Assembly (NCBI GenBank): GCA_949541125.1 | Contig: CATISV010000162.1 | Span: 1-49,965, forward strand | Reading direction: 5' to 3' | DNA length: 49,965 bases | From: Flavobacterium sp. SCGC AAA160-P02 | GTDB lineage: Bacteria > Bacteroidota > Bacteroidia > Flavobacteriales > Flavobacteriaceae | Translations under genes and position numbers: made by a program | Notes under the pieces: generated by a model | Seen by the model: the letters and a program-made list of their open reading frames with translations, nothing else | What the model was told of the DNA's origin: nothing | Database searches by the model: none | In this document: one piece after another, positions 28,133 through 38,151 of the stretch | Layout of the letters: each line of letters begins with the position of its first letter | Position numbering within the stretch: position 1 is the stretch's first letter

Positions 28133-30031
28133 TTAAATAGCCTTATTTTCATTTTTAAGATACTCATCTAAAAACTTGAGTATTCGGCTATATGCTTCTA
28201 TTTGATTTTCTTTTTTCACAAAACCATGGCCCTCATCCTCAAACAATACATAATCTACTGTAACTCCATTTTTTCTAACGCCTGCAACAATTTCATCTGA
28301 TTCTACTTGCAATACTCTTGGGTCTTGAGCGCCTTGTAATACAATTAATGGCTTGGTAACTTTATCCGTATGAAATAATGGTGAAATTCGTTTTAATCGA
28401 ACGGAGTCTTTTGTAAAAGGATCGCCTAGTTCCAAGTATAGTGATTTTCTCATAGACTCCCAATATGGAGGAATACTTTTTAAAGTACGTAGCCAGTTGG
28501 TTACTCCAAAAAGATTCACACCAACATTAAATTCTTCTGGGGTATAGGTTAGTGCTGCCATAGTCATGTAACCCCCATAAGAACCACCTATAATTCCTAT
28601 TTTATCTTCATCAATTTCGGCTTGTGTTACTAACCAGTTTTTGCCTTCTACACAATCTTGTAAATCTTTTTCTCCATGGTTTAAATCATCCATTTGGTAG
28701 AATGTTTTTCCGTAGCCACTACTACCGCGATTATTGACGGCTAAAACGGCATATCCGTGGTTTACCATATACTGAATTAAGGAACTAAAACCTTGGCGTG
28801 TTTGTCCTCCAGGACCACCATGAACCCAAACCATTGCTGGGACTTTGTTCTCGGCAGATGCTTCTTTAGGTAAATAATAGATAGCTGGAATAACAGTTCC
28901 GTCAAACGATTTATAACGAACTACTTTGGCTGTAACTAAATCTTCAGCATTTATCTCATCATTCAAAACATTAGTGAGTTTGTATTTTTCTTTTGTTGCT
29001 AAATTATAAGTGAATAAATCAGAAGGAACATTTGAGCCTCCAACATACATTCGCATCCATGATTCGTCATCGTTAAACTTCACACTTGTAATGCTTTTAT
29101 CGCCAAAATCAGGTAATTCGATAGGAGTCATAGTTTTGGCGTCCAAAACATCAATAACGTTTCTACCATCATCATTAACATAAATTACCATATACCTTCC
29201 TTGTGACGTGAATCCAGCACCAGAAATATCCCAAGATTTCTCTAAAACCGTTTTTCTCTCTTGAGTCTTTAAGTTATAAGATTTTAGATAGGCAAATTCT
29301 GAACCATCATCAGTCGTATAATAGAGAGTACTGTTGTCCTTAGAAAAATCTTCAAATGAATTACCACTTTGGTTTTTATTGATTTTTATGGACTTTTTTG
29401 TAGTTACATTATAAAGAAACAGGTCATTGTCGTTTCTAGTTACCGATTTACTTAGTGCAAAATAATTTTCATTATTAGATATTCCTGAAAATCGAAGTCC
29501 AGTATCATCTTGATATATCATTTCTGAATTATAATCGTCAATAGACATTTTGTAAACATCAAAATATTTTGGATTTCTTTTGTTTGAACCATAATATAAG
29601 TATTTTTCATCTTCAGACCATCCGTAAAAACTAGCTTTTGCTCCTTCTTCTGGCGTTATATCTTTAATCGTTCCATCAAGTTCTCTTACAAAAAGATGAT
29701 CAATTTCATCACCATTTCCATCTGCATTTAATAACATTCTATTATCATTTGGGAAATAGGATCTCGCTGTAAAAGAAGTACTGTCAGATTTAGTGATTGC
29801 TGTCATTTCACCTCCTCTCGTTGGAATAGTATATACATTATAAATACCGGATCGATTGCTCGAAATAAGTATATTACTATTATCTGGTGAAAAGCTTCCG
29901 CCACTAACCGCTTCGTTATCCATGAATTGTTCAATAGTGTATTGTTGAATATCTTTTTGAGACATCTTAGCGTCTTCTTTGCAAGAAAACAACATTGCTA
30001 TAATTGCTATTCCTAAAATTTTAGTTTTCAT
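28133..30031 (-). CDS. S9 family acylaminoacyl/dipeptidyl peptidase, lipoprotein
   Basis: Start moved to ATG 30031 (MKTKILG..LFS-C); VHGGP, GGSYGG, QDPRV, DEGHGF. Confidence 0.94.
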   Translation of the reverse strand: MKTKILGIAIIAMLFSCKEDAKMSQKDIQQYTIEQFMDNEAVSGGSFSPDNSNILISSNRSGIYNVYTIPTRGGEMTAITKSDSTSFTARSYFPNDNRMLLNADGNGDEIDHLFVRELDGTIKDITPEEGAKASFYGWSEDEKYLYYGSNKRNPKYFDVYKMSIDDYNSEMIYQDDTGLRFSGISNNENYFALSKSVTRNDNDLFLYNVTTKKSIKINKNQSGNSFEDFSKDNSTLYYTTDDGSEFAYLKSYNLKTQERKTVLEKSWDISGAGFTSQGRYMVIYVNDDGRNVIDVLDAKTMTPIELPDFGDKSITSVKFNDDESWMRMYVGGSNVPSDLFTYNLATKEKYKLTNVLNDEINAEDLVTAKVVRYKSFDGTVIPAIYYLPKEASAENKVPAMVWVHGGPGGQTRQGFSSLIQYMVNHGYAVLAVNNRGSSGYGKTFYQMDDLNHGEKDLQDCVEGKNWLVTQAEIDEDKIGIIGGSYGGYMTMAALTYTPEEFNVGVNLFGVTNWLRTLKSIPPYWESMRKSLYLELGDPFTKDSVRLKRISPLFHTDKVTKPLIVLQGAQDPRVLQVESDEIVAGVRKNGVTVDYVLFEDEGHGFVKKENQIEAYSRILKFLDEYLKNENKAI

Positions 30032-30159
30032 ATTTTTAATTTTTAGTTTCGAGTTTAATATATAGTACAAAGTAATTTTTTTGAGGTATTTAATACAACT
30101 AGTGTAAGTGATTATTTACGATTTTTTGTTTGTGAAATTATACCCCCAGTTTTATGTTG

Positions 30160-30282
30160 TTATTTTGTGCTTTCGTATTCACTTATTTTTGGCTCAATAT
30201 ATTTTTGGTTGTTTCTTTTATGTCTAAATTTTGTAATTATTTTGTAAATCTCAATTCGCGCGTTATTAATTTCTCCAATAGG
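30160..30282 (-). pseudogene. C-terminal remnant of a catalase-family protein
   Basis: PIGEINNARIEIYKIITKFRHKRNNQKYIEPKISEYESTK* resembles the P(L/I)GxINRARxxxY...FRH.RN end of short catalase-related proteins; no start codon. Confidence 0.65.
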
Positions 30283-30335
30283 ATTCACCCCTAGTCCAAT
30301 CCGTCTCGATTCTGGCTCTACATTTTTGCGCCATT

Positions 30336-31511
30336 TTATTTTTTTATCCGGTTATACTTTCTTAGTACTTTAATCAGTAAGTCGTGAGGTAAAGCATAGG
30401 CTTTATTTCCGTTAATACCTTCCATAGTTTCAGCGGCAACCATTGCATTAACAATCGCTTCCTCAACAGCCTGAACAGTTGCTTCAAAAACAGGCATTAG
30501 CTGGTCATTAGACATTGATTTAACTGTTGTTGTTTTATCTCGATTAAATGCATTTTCGTTTGCAGTTGAGAATGCTAAAAAGATATCTCCAGAGCCATTA
30601 CTGCCCCGTCCACCAACAATTCCAATACCTAATGGAACTCTTTGAGCAATTCTTTTTAATTGATGAGGCAAAAGAGGTACGTCAGTTGCTATAATTACTA
30701 TGATAGAGCCATCTCCTTCTTGTCTTCTTGATTTAGGCGGCGCATTAAACTTGTGGTTTAGAGTGTCTTTTAATTCTACACCAACAGGTACTCCAGCAAT
30801 TGACAAGTTTCTTTTGGCTCCAAAATTTGATTGAACAATTGCACCAATTGTATATGTTGAATCCTTAATTTTAAAAACTCTTGAAGAAGTTCCAGTTCCA
30901 CCTTTAAAGCCTAAACACATCATACCAGTTCCTCCACCAACGTTTCCCTCTGCAATTTTTCCGCTCGATGAGTTCTGAATAGCTTCTAAAACATGTTCCT
31001 CTTTTACGTGGAATCCGTATATGTCATTAAGAAATCCATCGTATGTTTCTGCCACTACCGGATAAGTATACCACCAATCTTCCCCATTATACCAATCCGT
31101 ATCAACATACCATTTCAGCACTGCCTGTCTAACTTCACCAACACTATTTGTGTTTGTAATCATAATTGGTGTTTCTAAAAAGCCAGATTCCGTTACCCAG
31201 GTCGTACCTGTCATCTCACCATTGCCATTAAGACTGTACCAATTGGCATAAACAGGACTAAATTTTTTGGCCTTACCTCTGGGAAATATTGCAGTAACTC
31301 CAGTTCTTATAGGTCCTTTTCCTACTATATTTTCTCCTTTTCCCGAAATGATAGTACTATATCCTACTTCAACTCCTTTAACATCTGTAATGGCATTAAA
31401 GTTTCCTGTTTTCCCAACAAAGGGTACTCCTAAATCTCTTGCTCTTGGTTTTTGACAATAAGATTGAGAATAAATTAGGGATACTAAAAAAACTAGAATC
31501 ATTCTTTTCAT
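30336..31511 (-). CDS. DmpA/P1-family aminopeptidase (peptidase S58)
   Basis: RARDLG, NAITDV.GV.VG, NGNGE.TG, GNVGGGTGM, DG-SIIV autocleavage site, SGDIFLAFST. Confidence 0.93.
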   Translation of the reverse strand: MKRMILVFLVSLIYSQSYCQKPRARDLGVPFVGKTGNFNAITDVKGVEVGYSTIISGKGENIVGKGPIRTGVTAIFPRGKAKKFSPVYANWYSLNGNGEMTGTTWVTESGFLETPIMITNTNSVGEVRQAVLKWYVDTDWYNGEDWWYTYPVVAETYDGFLNDIYGFHVKEEHVLEAIQNSSSGKIAEGNVGGGTGMMCLGFKGGTGTSSRVFKIKDSTYTIGAIVQSNFGAKRNLSIAGVPVGVELKDTLNHKFNAPPKSRRQEGDGSIIVIIATDVPLLPHQLKRIAQRVPLGIGIVGGRGSNGSGDIFLAFSTANENAFNRDKTTTVKSMSNDQLMPVFEATVQAVEEAIVNAMVAAETMEGINGNKAYALPHDLLIKVLRKYNRIKK

Positions 31512-31583
31512 ACTGTTTGGTTTTTAATGTGGTATAAATCTCTGCTATTTTCAATAAGCCAATAATTTGGTTTAGATTTTATG

Positions 31584-31642
31584 GCTTTGTCAAAGTACAA
31601 AAAAAGAACAAAAAACCACCTGGAAACAAGTGGTTTTTTATA
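31584..31642. repeat. Direct repeat copy 1 (terminator + promoter unit)
   Basis: Core 31610-31642 matches 33079-33111 at 31/33; adjacent 15-mer 31584-31598 matches 33062-33076 at 13/15. Confidence 0.9.
31610..31640. terminator. Intrinsic terminator
   Basis: A6-CCAC.TG-GAAA-CA.GTGG-T6. Confidence 0.85.
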
Positions 31643-31659
31643 TACTTTGTTGTAACAGG

Positions 31660-33060
31660 CTATTTTTCATAGATTACCCCTCCGTTGTTCTCACTAGTAG
31701 CATTTCCTTCTGTAGGTAAAAATAAAGTGATGGCATATTTATTATTTTCAGTCTGTATTATGGAAGGGTTCGCAAATGAGGTAGAACCTGCAGGCGTAGA
31801 AATCAAAACTTCTGTATAAAATACATTGAGGCCCAACATTATTTTCCAAGTACTCCAATCTCCTTTGATTAGTCTGGCTTCTTGTAAAAGAAGATCAGTG
31901 TTCCCATATTGAAAGCTTTTTCTACTTCCTATATTTCCTTTAAAATCCATTTCTCTAAAATTATATTCAGATAGAGCATCTTTCCAAGCTTTCCAATAAT
32001 CACCATTTTTTAGCACCCCCATTGCTAATCTATCCACATCCCCATCATAATAATGAAATCCAATCTGTATATTTCCATTTTGAGGAGAGCTTCCAGAAAC
32101 GTTTCTGATATCAGGTGTTCCCTCAACGCCAAAACTATGTAGTGAGGTGTTGATACTCTTTGTATAGGAAGTATTATTTGAAATTAAATCTTGATAATCA
32201 TCGTAATACCTCAACGCTATATTATTAATACCCTGTGTTTTATCCTCTTCATATGCGATGAGATATCCTTGATTCCATTTTACGATATCTCCTTGGTGAG
32301 CATCATAGTCTAGTTCTATAATATGATTCCATTTGAATAAATCATTTGAGCCAGCTAACTGAAGGTTAAAGTTATCGGGCGAAGTTTGTATATGATAAAC
32401 TCCTAGATATTCGTAGGTATTATTTAAAGATTCATTTGTTTTAACAATCTTCAATACATCCATACTTCTTCCAAGATTATCGTGTAATTTAAATTGATAA
32501 GGGGAAGTAATTTTTGAGATTTTTCCATTGTCGTAATTTATCAATGTATTGTATGTAGTTGGCAAATACCAACTGTAGCCTAATTGAACTAGTTTTGCTG
32601 TAGATAAGTTTTGAAGCCCACTAGTGTTTTGGTTTGCTAAGCGGTTTGCATTTTCAACAATTAATGTATTCCTTTGGTTGCCTAGGGTCATGTTTTGTAA
32701 TTCATCTTCTGAACGTATTGAAGCCGTTTTTAGAAACGTGTATAGTAAACTGTAAACAGAAAGTTCTAAGTTAGATTTCGTTTGTAAGTATGAGATATTT
32801 TCATTAGTCCTATTGCTTAATTCTACAATTAAAGTGTTTCTAATATTGTCATCTGACATATCCACGATAGCATTAAAATCTCTCCATCGAGCATTTAATA
32901 TTGAAGGGATGAGAATCTCTTTATCAGCGGTGTAGATAATTTGATTTTCCGGTTCATTTGTGTAATCAATTAGACCTTCCGAATCATTAAAATCCAAGTT
33001 TTCTTGACAACCGGTTAAGCCAAACAATAAAATAAGGGTAGTTAGGGTTAAAAATTTCAT
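31660..33060 (-). CDS. Hypothetical lipoprotein: helical RNTLIVE double repeat plus probable beta-propeller domain
   Basis: Start moved to ATG 33060 (MKFLTL..LTG-C lipobox); RNTLIVE occurs twice 56 aa apart; beta-rich C-terminal two thirds. Confidence 0.8.
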   Translation of the reverse strand: MKFLTLTTLILLFGLTGCQENLDFNDSEGLIDYTNEPENQIIYTADKEILIPSILNARWRDFNAIVDMSDDNIRNTLIVELSNRTNENISYLQTKSNLELSVYSLLYTFLKTASIRSEDELQNMTLGNQRNTLIVENANRLANQNTSGLQNLSTAKLVQLGYSWYLPTTYNTLINYDNGKISKITSPYQFKLHDNLGRSMDVLKIVKTNESLNNTYEYLGVYHIQTSPDNFNLQLAGSNDLFKWNHIIELDYDAHQGDIVKWNQGYLIAYEEDKTQGINNIALRYYDDYQDLISNNTSYTKSINTSLHSFGVEGTPDIRNVSGSSPQNGNIQIGFHYYDGDVDRLAMGVLKNGDYWKAWKDALSEYNFREMDFKGNIGSRKSFQYGNTDLLLQEARLIKGDWSTWKIMLGLNVFYTEVLISTPAGSTSFANPSIIQTENNKYAITLFLPTEGNATSENNGGVIYEK

Positions 33061-33061
33061 A

Positions 33062-33111
33062 GCTTTGTAAAGGTACAAAAAAAACCACATGGAAACAGGT
33101 GGTTTTTTATA
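33062..33111. repeat. Direct repeat copy 2 (terminator + promoter unit)
   Basis: Matches 31584-31642. Confidence 0.9.
33079..33109. terminator. Intrinsic terminator of the ALDH7 gene
   Basis: A-run CCAC.TG-GAAA-CA.GTGG T-run, about 35 nt after the stop. Confidence 0.85.
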
Positions 33112-33142
33112 CAGGATAAACTTACAAGGAATATTACATCAT

Positions 33143-34684
33143 TTATAAATCAAATTTGATTCCTTGCGCTAAGGGTAAATCAGCGGTATAGTTTATTGTA
33201 TTGGTTTGTCGACGCATATATATTTTCCATGCATCAGAACCAGATTCTCTACCACCACCAGTTTCTTTTTCGCCACCAAACGCTCCTCCAATTTCTGCTC
33301 CGGAAGTTCCAATATTAACATTGGCAATTCCACAATCAGATCCAGCAACCGATAAAAAAGCTTCTGCTTCTCGTAAATTGTTGGTCATGATTGCCGAAGA
33401 CAATCCTTGCGCGACACTATTTTGAAGTTCAATGGCATTGGTTACATCTCCAGTATATTTTAATAAATATAGAACAGGAGCAAAAGTTTCATGCTGTACA
33501 ATCTCATAAGAATTACTCGCCTCCGCAATAGCAGGTTTTACATAACAACCACTTTCATAACCCTCTCCAGAGAGGACACCTCCTTGAACAAGAATCTTTC
33601 CGCCTTCTGCCACTACTTTTTCTAAAGCAGCAGTATACATTGTTACAGCATCGGTATCAATCAGCGGCCCTACATGATTATTTTCATCTAAAGGGTTCCC
33701 AATTCTCAATTGTCCGTAGGCCTTAACAATAGCCTCTTTTACAGTATCATAAATAGACTCATGGATAATCAATCTTCTTGTTGAGGTACATCGTTGTCCA
33801 GCAGTTCCCACAGCACCAAATACTGCCCCAATCACAGTCATTTTTATATCGGCATCTGGAGTAACAATAATTGCATTATTACCCCCCAATTCTAATAATG
33901 ATTTTCCAAGGCGAGCAGCGACCTCCTGAGCAACAATTTTACCCATTCTAGTAGATCCAGTAGCAGAAACTAATGGAACTCTAGTGTCTTTTGTCAGAAA
34001 TTCTCCAACCCTATAGTCTCCGTTTATCAAGTTACAGATTCCCTCAGGCAAGTTATTTTCGGTAAAAACTTCCGCAGCAATGTTTTGACAAGCCATTCCA
34101 CACATGGGTGTCTTTTCAGAAGGTTTCCAAACACAAACATCACCACAAATCCAAGCCAGTGCCGTATTCCAGGCCCAAACAGCCACGGGAAAGTTAAATG
34201 CAGAAATGATTCCTACAACCCCTAAAGGATGATATTGTTCGTACATTCTATGACCTGGTCTTTCTGAATGCATTGTTAGTCCGTGTAATTGGCGTGATAA
34301 GCCTACGGCAAAATCGCAGATATCAATCATTTCTTGCACCTCACCTAGGCCTTCTTGGTATGATTTTCCCATTTCATAGGAAACCAATTTCCCAAGAGCT
34401 TCTTTTTTCTCTCGAAGTTTCTCTCCAAATTGACGAATAATTTCACCTCGAAGTGGTGCAGGTTTTTTTCTCCATTGTACAAAAGCTGCCGAAGCAGTTT
34501 CCATTACCTTTTCATAATCTTCTTTCGTTGTTGAACGGATTTTCCCAATCATTGTTCCATCTACAGGAGAATAACTTTCTATGATTTTCCCGTGAGAAAA
34601 ATGATGAGATCCGGTAGAGGTTCCCTCGTTAACCTCCTTTAAACCCAATTCTTTTAAAGCTTGTTGTATTCCAAAATCTGCCAT
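33143..34684 (-). CDS. amaB: ALDH7-family aldehyde dehydrogenase (piperideine-6-carboxylate / aminoadipate-semialdehyde dehydrogenase)
   Basis: SAFNFPVAV, LELGGNN, GTAGQRCT, GAEIGGAFGGEKETGGGRESGSD, LPLAQGIKF. Confidence 0.92.
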   Translation of the reverse strand: MADFGIQQALKELGLKEVNEGTSTGSHHFSHGKIIESYSPVDGTMIGKIRSTTKEDYEKVMETASAAFVQWRKKPAPLRGEIIRQFGEKLREKKEALGKLVSYEMGKSYQEGLGEVQEMIDICDFAVGLSRQLHGLTMHSERPGHRMYEQYHPLGVVGIISAFNFPVAVWAWNTALAWICGDVCVWKPSEKTPMCGMACQNIAAEVFTENNLPEGICNLINGDYRVGEFLTKDTRVPLVSATGSTRMGKIVAQEVAARLGKSLLELGGNNAIIVTPDADIKMTVIGAVFGAVGTAGQRCTSTRRLIIHESIYDTVKEAIVKAYGQLRIGNPLDENNHVGPLIDTDAVTMYTAALEKVVAEGGKILVQGGVLSGEGYESGCYVKPAIAEASNSYEIVQHETFAPVLYLLKYTGDVTNAIELQNSVAQGLSSAIMTNNLREAEAFLSVAGSDCGIANVNIGTSGAEIGGAFGGEKETGGGRESGSDAWKIYMRRQTNTINYTADLPLAQGIKFDL

Positions 34685-34709
34685 TGTTTTTTATTTTGTT
34701 TTATGGTAT

Positions 34710-34794
34710 CAAAAATACAATAAAGTTTTACAAAATAGGAAGCTGTTTTTATCAATTATAATCAAAGGATATTGTTTAAATCCTATTATTTTTG
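34710..34794. promoter_or_regulatory. Divergent -7 promoter boxes
   Basis: TATTTTTG on minus (34710-34717) and on plus (34787-34794). Confidence 0.65.
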
Positions 34795-34800
34795 TGAAAG

Positions 34801-35775
34801 ATGCAAAAAACAATTTTCAACATACAATCAGAACGAGATTTTAAAGAGGCGGCTCTACGTGTTTTTAAACATCAGTTTGAACATAATAAGGTTTACCGTT
34901 CTTTTTGTGATTTATTATACAAGAGCCCAAGTGAGGTAAAAGAGATTCATGAAATACCATTTCTTCCTATTCAATTTTTTAAATCTCATTCTGTCCTTTC
35001 TTCTATGAAAGATGTTCAAAAAACGTTTACTAGTTCTGGAACCTCAGGAAGTATTCCAAGTAAACACAAGGTCACAGATCTAAGTTGGTATCAAAAAAGT
35101 TATCTAAAAGGTATTCAATATTTTTATGGAGATATTAAAGACTATACAATTTTAGCCTTGTTGCCTAATTATTTAGAAAGAGAAGGCTCCTCGTTGATTT
35201 ATATGATGGATGATTTGATTCAACAAACCAACAAACCTACAAGTGGATTTTATTTACAAAATTTTTCAGAGCTTTCTTCCACCTTAAAGCAGTTAGATGA
35301 AAAAGAAGAAAAAACCCTGCTAATAGGAGTTAGCTTTGCCTTGTTAGATTTGATAGAAAAAGAAACATTTCAACTTCAAAACACCATCATTATGGAGACT
35401 GGAGGAATGAAAGGAAAACGAAAAGAACTCGTTAGGGAAGAGCTTCATAAAATCCTTTGTAATGGTTTTGGTGTTCATAGTATTCATTCAGAATACGGAA
35501 TGACAGAATTATTAAGTCAGGGATATTCTAAAGGAGATGGAATATTTGAGTGCCCCCCCTGGATGAAGTCACTAACAAGAGACACAGAAGACCCATTAAC
35601 AATCTTAGACAACCATCAAACAGGAGGCCTCAACATAATAGATTTAGCTAATTACAATTCTTGCTCTTTTATTGCCACTCAAGACCTGGGGAAAGTAAAT
35701 CATGACGGATCTTTTGAAATATTGGGACGTTTTGATCATTCTGAGATTAGAGGCTGTAATTTATTGGTTATATAA
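34801..35775 (+). CDS. LuxE/PaaK-like acyl-protein synthetase family protein
   Basis: PFLPI.FFK, FTSSGT, ETGGMKG, SEYGMTEL, TQDLG, FEILGR...RGC. Confidence 0.88.
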   Translation: MQKTIFNIQSERDFKEAALRVFKHQFEHNKVYRSFCDLLYKSPSEVKEIHEIPFLPIQFFKSHSVLSSMKDVQKTFTSSGTSGSIPSKHKVTDLSWYQKSYLKGIQYFYGDIKDYTILALLPNYLEREGSSLIYMMDDLIQQTNKPTSGFYLQNFSELSSTLKQLDEKEEKTLLIGVSFALLDLIEKETFQLQNTIIMETGGMKGKRKELVREELHKILCNGFGVHSIHSEYGMTELLSQGYSKGDGIFECPPWMKSLTRDTEDPLTILDNHQTGGLNIIDLANYNSCSFIATQDLGKVNHDGSFEILGRFDHSEIRGCNLLVI

Positions 35776-35801
35776 TGACACCCCCATTTTATGACTGTTT
35801 T

Positions 35802-37091
35802 TCATTCTACAGTCAATAAAAAGTAATTCTTTTTACCTCGCTGTAATAAGATATAATGACCCGAAATCAAATCAGTAGTTCTTATTAAAAAATCGGCACT
35901 TACTTTTTCTTTATTTACAGAGATGGCATTTTCTTGTAAAGCTCTCCTAGCGTCCCCGTTAGACTTTAGAAATCCCGTTTTAGAAGCCAACGCAGCAATT
36001 ATATCTAAACCATTTTTAATATCATCCATAGAGACTGTTGCTTGAGGAACTCCTTCAAACACTTCTAAAAAAGTATGTTTGTCCAATGATTTTAAATCTT
36101 CTGCAGTAGATTTTCCAAAAAGAATTTGAGAGGCTTTTATGGCATTCTCATAGGCTTCTTTTCCATGTGTCATCATGGTAACCTCTTCTCCAATTTTCTT
36201 TTGCAGTAATCGCATATGTGGCGCTTGTTTGTGTTCGGCAATTAAAACATCAATTGTTTCTTTTTCTAAAAAGGTAAAAATTTTAATAAAATTCTCCGCA
36301 TCTTCATCAGAAGAGTTCAGCCAATATTGGTAAAATTTATAGGGAGAGGTTCGTTTGGGGTCTAACCAAACATTGCCTCCTTCTGTTTTTCCAAACTTTG
36401 TACCATCTGCTTTGGTAATTAAGGGGATTGTAATAGCATAGGCTTTCCCTTGAGTTTTCCTTCGAATTAACTCTGTCCCTGTGGTAATATTTCCCCATTG
36501 ATCAGACCCTCCCATTTGCAATTTACAGTCCATGTTTTTGTACAAGTGATAGAAATCATAGCCTTGAAACAATTGGTAAGTAAATTCGGTAAAACTCATT
36601 CCTTCAGTAGATTCTGAACTCAAACGCCTCTTTACAGAATCTTTAGCCATCATATAATTTACTGTGATATGTTTTCCTGTATCACGAACAAAATTGATTA
36701 GAGAAATCTCTTTCATCCAATCAAAATTATTGACCATTTTGGCAGGGTTCTTAGGAGCATCAAAATCTAAAAACTGTTCTAATTGCGCTTTTACTCCGTT
36801 AATATTATTTAATAAACTTTCCTCGTCTAATAGGTTTCTTTCTGCAGATTTTCCAGAGGGGTCTCCCACCATTCCAGTAGCACCCCCCACAAGCGCAATA
36901 GGCGTATGACCTGCGTTTTGAAAATGTTTCAATACCAAAATTTGAACTAAACTTCCAATATGTAAAGAATCTGCCGTAGGATCAAACCCAATATAACCAA
37001 CTGTGGGATATTTTAGTAAATACGCTTCAGTTTCTGGCATGATATCATGTAACAATCCTCGCCATCGCAACTCTTCAACAAAATTTGTCAT
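35802..37091 (-). CDS. tyrS: Tyrosine--tRNA ligase
   Basis: [29 protein letters not shown]4 domain; start moved to ATG 37091. Confidence 0.99.
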   Translation of the reverse strand: MTNFVEELRWRGLLHDIMPETEAYLLKYPTVGYIGFDPTADSLHIGSLVQILVLKHFQNAGHTPIALVGGATGMVGDPSGKSAERNLLDEESLLNNINGVKAQLEQFLDFDAPKNPAKMVNNFDWMKEISLINFVRDTGKHITVNYMMAKDSVKRRLSSESTEGMSFTEFTYQLFQGYDFYHLYKNMDCKLQMGGSDQWGNITTGTELIRRKTQGKAYAITIPLITKADGTKFGKTEGGNVWLDPKRTSPYKFYQYWLNSSDEDAENFIKIFTFLEKETIDVLIAEHKQAPHMRLLQKKIGEEVTMMTHGKEAYENAIKASQILFGKSTAEDLKSLDKHTFLEVFEGVPQATVSMDDIKNGLDIIAALASKTGFLKSNGDARRALQENAISVNKEKVSADFLIRTTDLISGHYILLQRGKKNYFLLTVE

Positions 37092-37112
37092 TGTTCTTAT
37101 TGTATAATAAAG

Positions 37113-37148
37113 CAAAGATACATTTCTGAGCTAAATAAACTAACTTCG
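37113..37148. promoter_or_regulatory. Divergent -7 promoter boxes
   Basis: TATCTTTG on minus (37113-37120), TAACTTCG on plus (37141-37148). Confidence 0.65.
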
Positions 37149-37152
37149 CAGG

Positions 37153-38151
37153 ATGATTTTAGTTACAGGAGGGACAGGTCTAGTAGGATCTCACTTATTA
37201 GTTCGTTTAACAGAGCAAAACAATCATATAAGAGCGATATATAGAACGCTAGAAAGTATAGAAAAGACTAAAAAAATCTTTTCTTATGAGAATACAACAT
37301 CTTTTGATTTATTTTCAAAAATAGAGTGGGTACAAGCAGATATTACCGATGTTCCATCTATGATTCCTGTTTTTGAGGGAATTACCAAAGTCTATCATTG
37401 TGCAGCACTTATTTCTTTTGATCCGAAAGACTATATTGAAATGAGAAAGGTCAATATTCATGGAACCGCCATCGTTGTAAACTTATCAATCGATGCAAAA
37501 GTTGATAAGCTATGTTTTGTTAGTTCAATTGCTTCAATTGGTGATGATCCCAAGAAAGAATTTGCTAATGAAGAAAATGAATGGATTCAAAATGACAATA
37601 ATGGATATGCGATTACAAAATACGGTGCCGAGATGGAGGTATGGCGAGCAAGCCAAGAGGGACTTGATGTTGTTATTGCCAACCCAGGAGTTATTTTAGG
37701 AGGCGGTTTTTGGGACACTGGGACAGGGCAATTATTTTCACAAGTTTATAAAGGGTTCCGATATTATGCTGAGGGAGTTACTGGTTTTGTTGGCGTACAT
37801 GATGTGGCACTTTGTTTAGTTAAGCTGATGGAAGGTTCCAGTAAAAATGATCGTTTTGTTTTAGTATCTGAAAATAAAAGTTATAAAGAGGTATTGTTTT
37901 CTATTGCTGATGCCTTCAAAATCAACAGACCAAATAAAAAAATAAGAAAATGGCATACAAGTGTCTTTTGGCGTTGGGAACGAATAGTTTCCTGGTTAAC
38001 TTCTAGAAAACCAAAAATGACTAAGGAGACTTCAAAAACACTAAATTCAAAAACCTATTACTCTTCTGAAAAAATATCAAAAGAACTAGGTGTAAAATTT
38101 GAAAGAATTGACATAGTCATTAAAAAAGAAGTTGATAATTTTTTACGTTGA
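37153..38151 (+). CDS. NAD-dependent epimerase/dehydratase
   Basis: TGGTGLVG, HCAA, YAITK. Confidence 0.92.
   Translation: MILVTGGTGLVGSHLLVRLTEQNNHIRAIYRTLESIEKTKKIFSYENTTSFDLFSKIEWVQADITDVPSMIPVFEGITKVYHCAALISFDPKDYIEMRKVNIHGTAIVVNLSIDAKVDKLCFVSSIASIGDDPKKEFANEENEWIQNDNNGYAITKYGAEMEVWRASQEGLDVVIANPGVILGGGFWDTGTGQLFSQVYKGFRYYAEGVTGFVGVHDVALCLVKLMEGSSKNDRFVLVSENKSYKEVLFSIADAFKINRPNKKIRKWHTSVFWRWERIVSWLTSRKPKMTKETSKTLNSKTYYSSEKISKELGVKFERIDIVIKKEVDNFLR

Noticed and set aside
34801-35775. Bioluminescence system
   Set aside because: No luxA, luxB, luxC or luxD nearby; solitary LuxE-like genes are common in Bacteroidota
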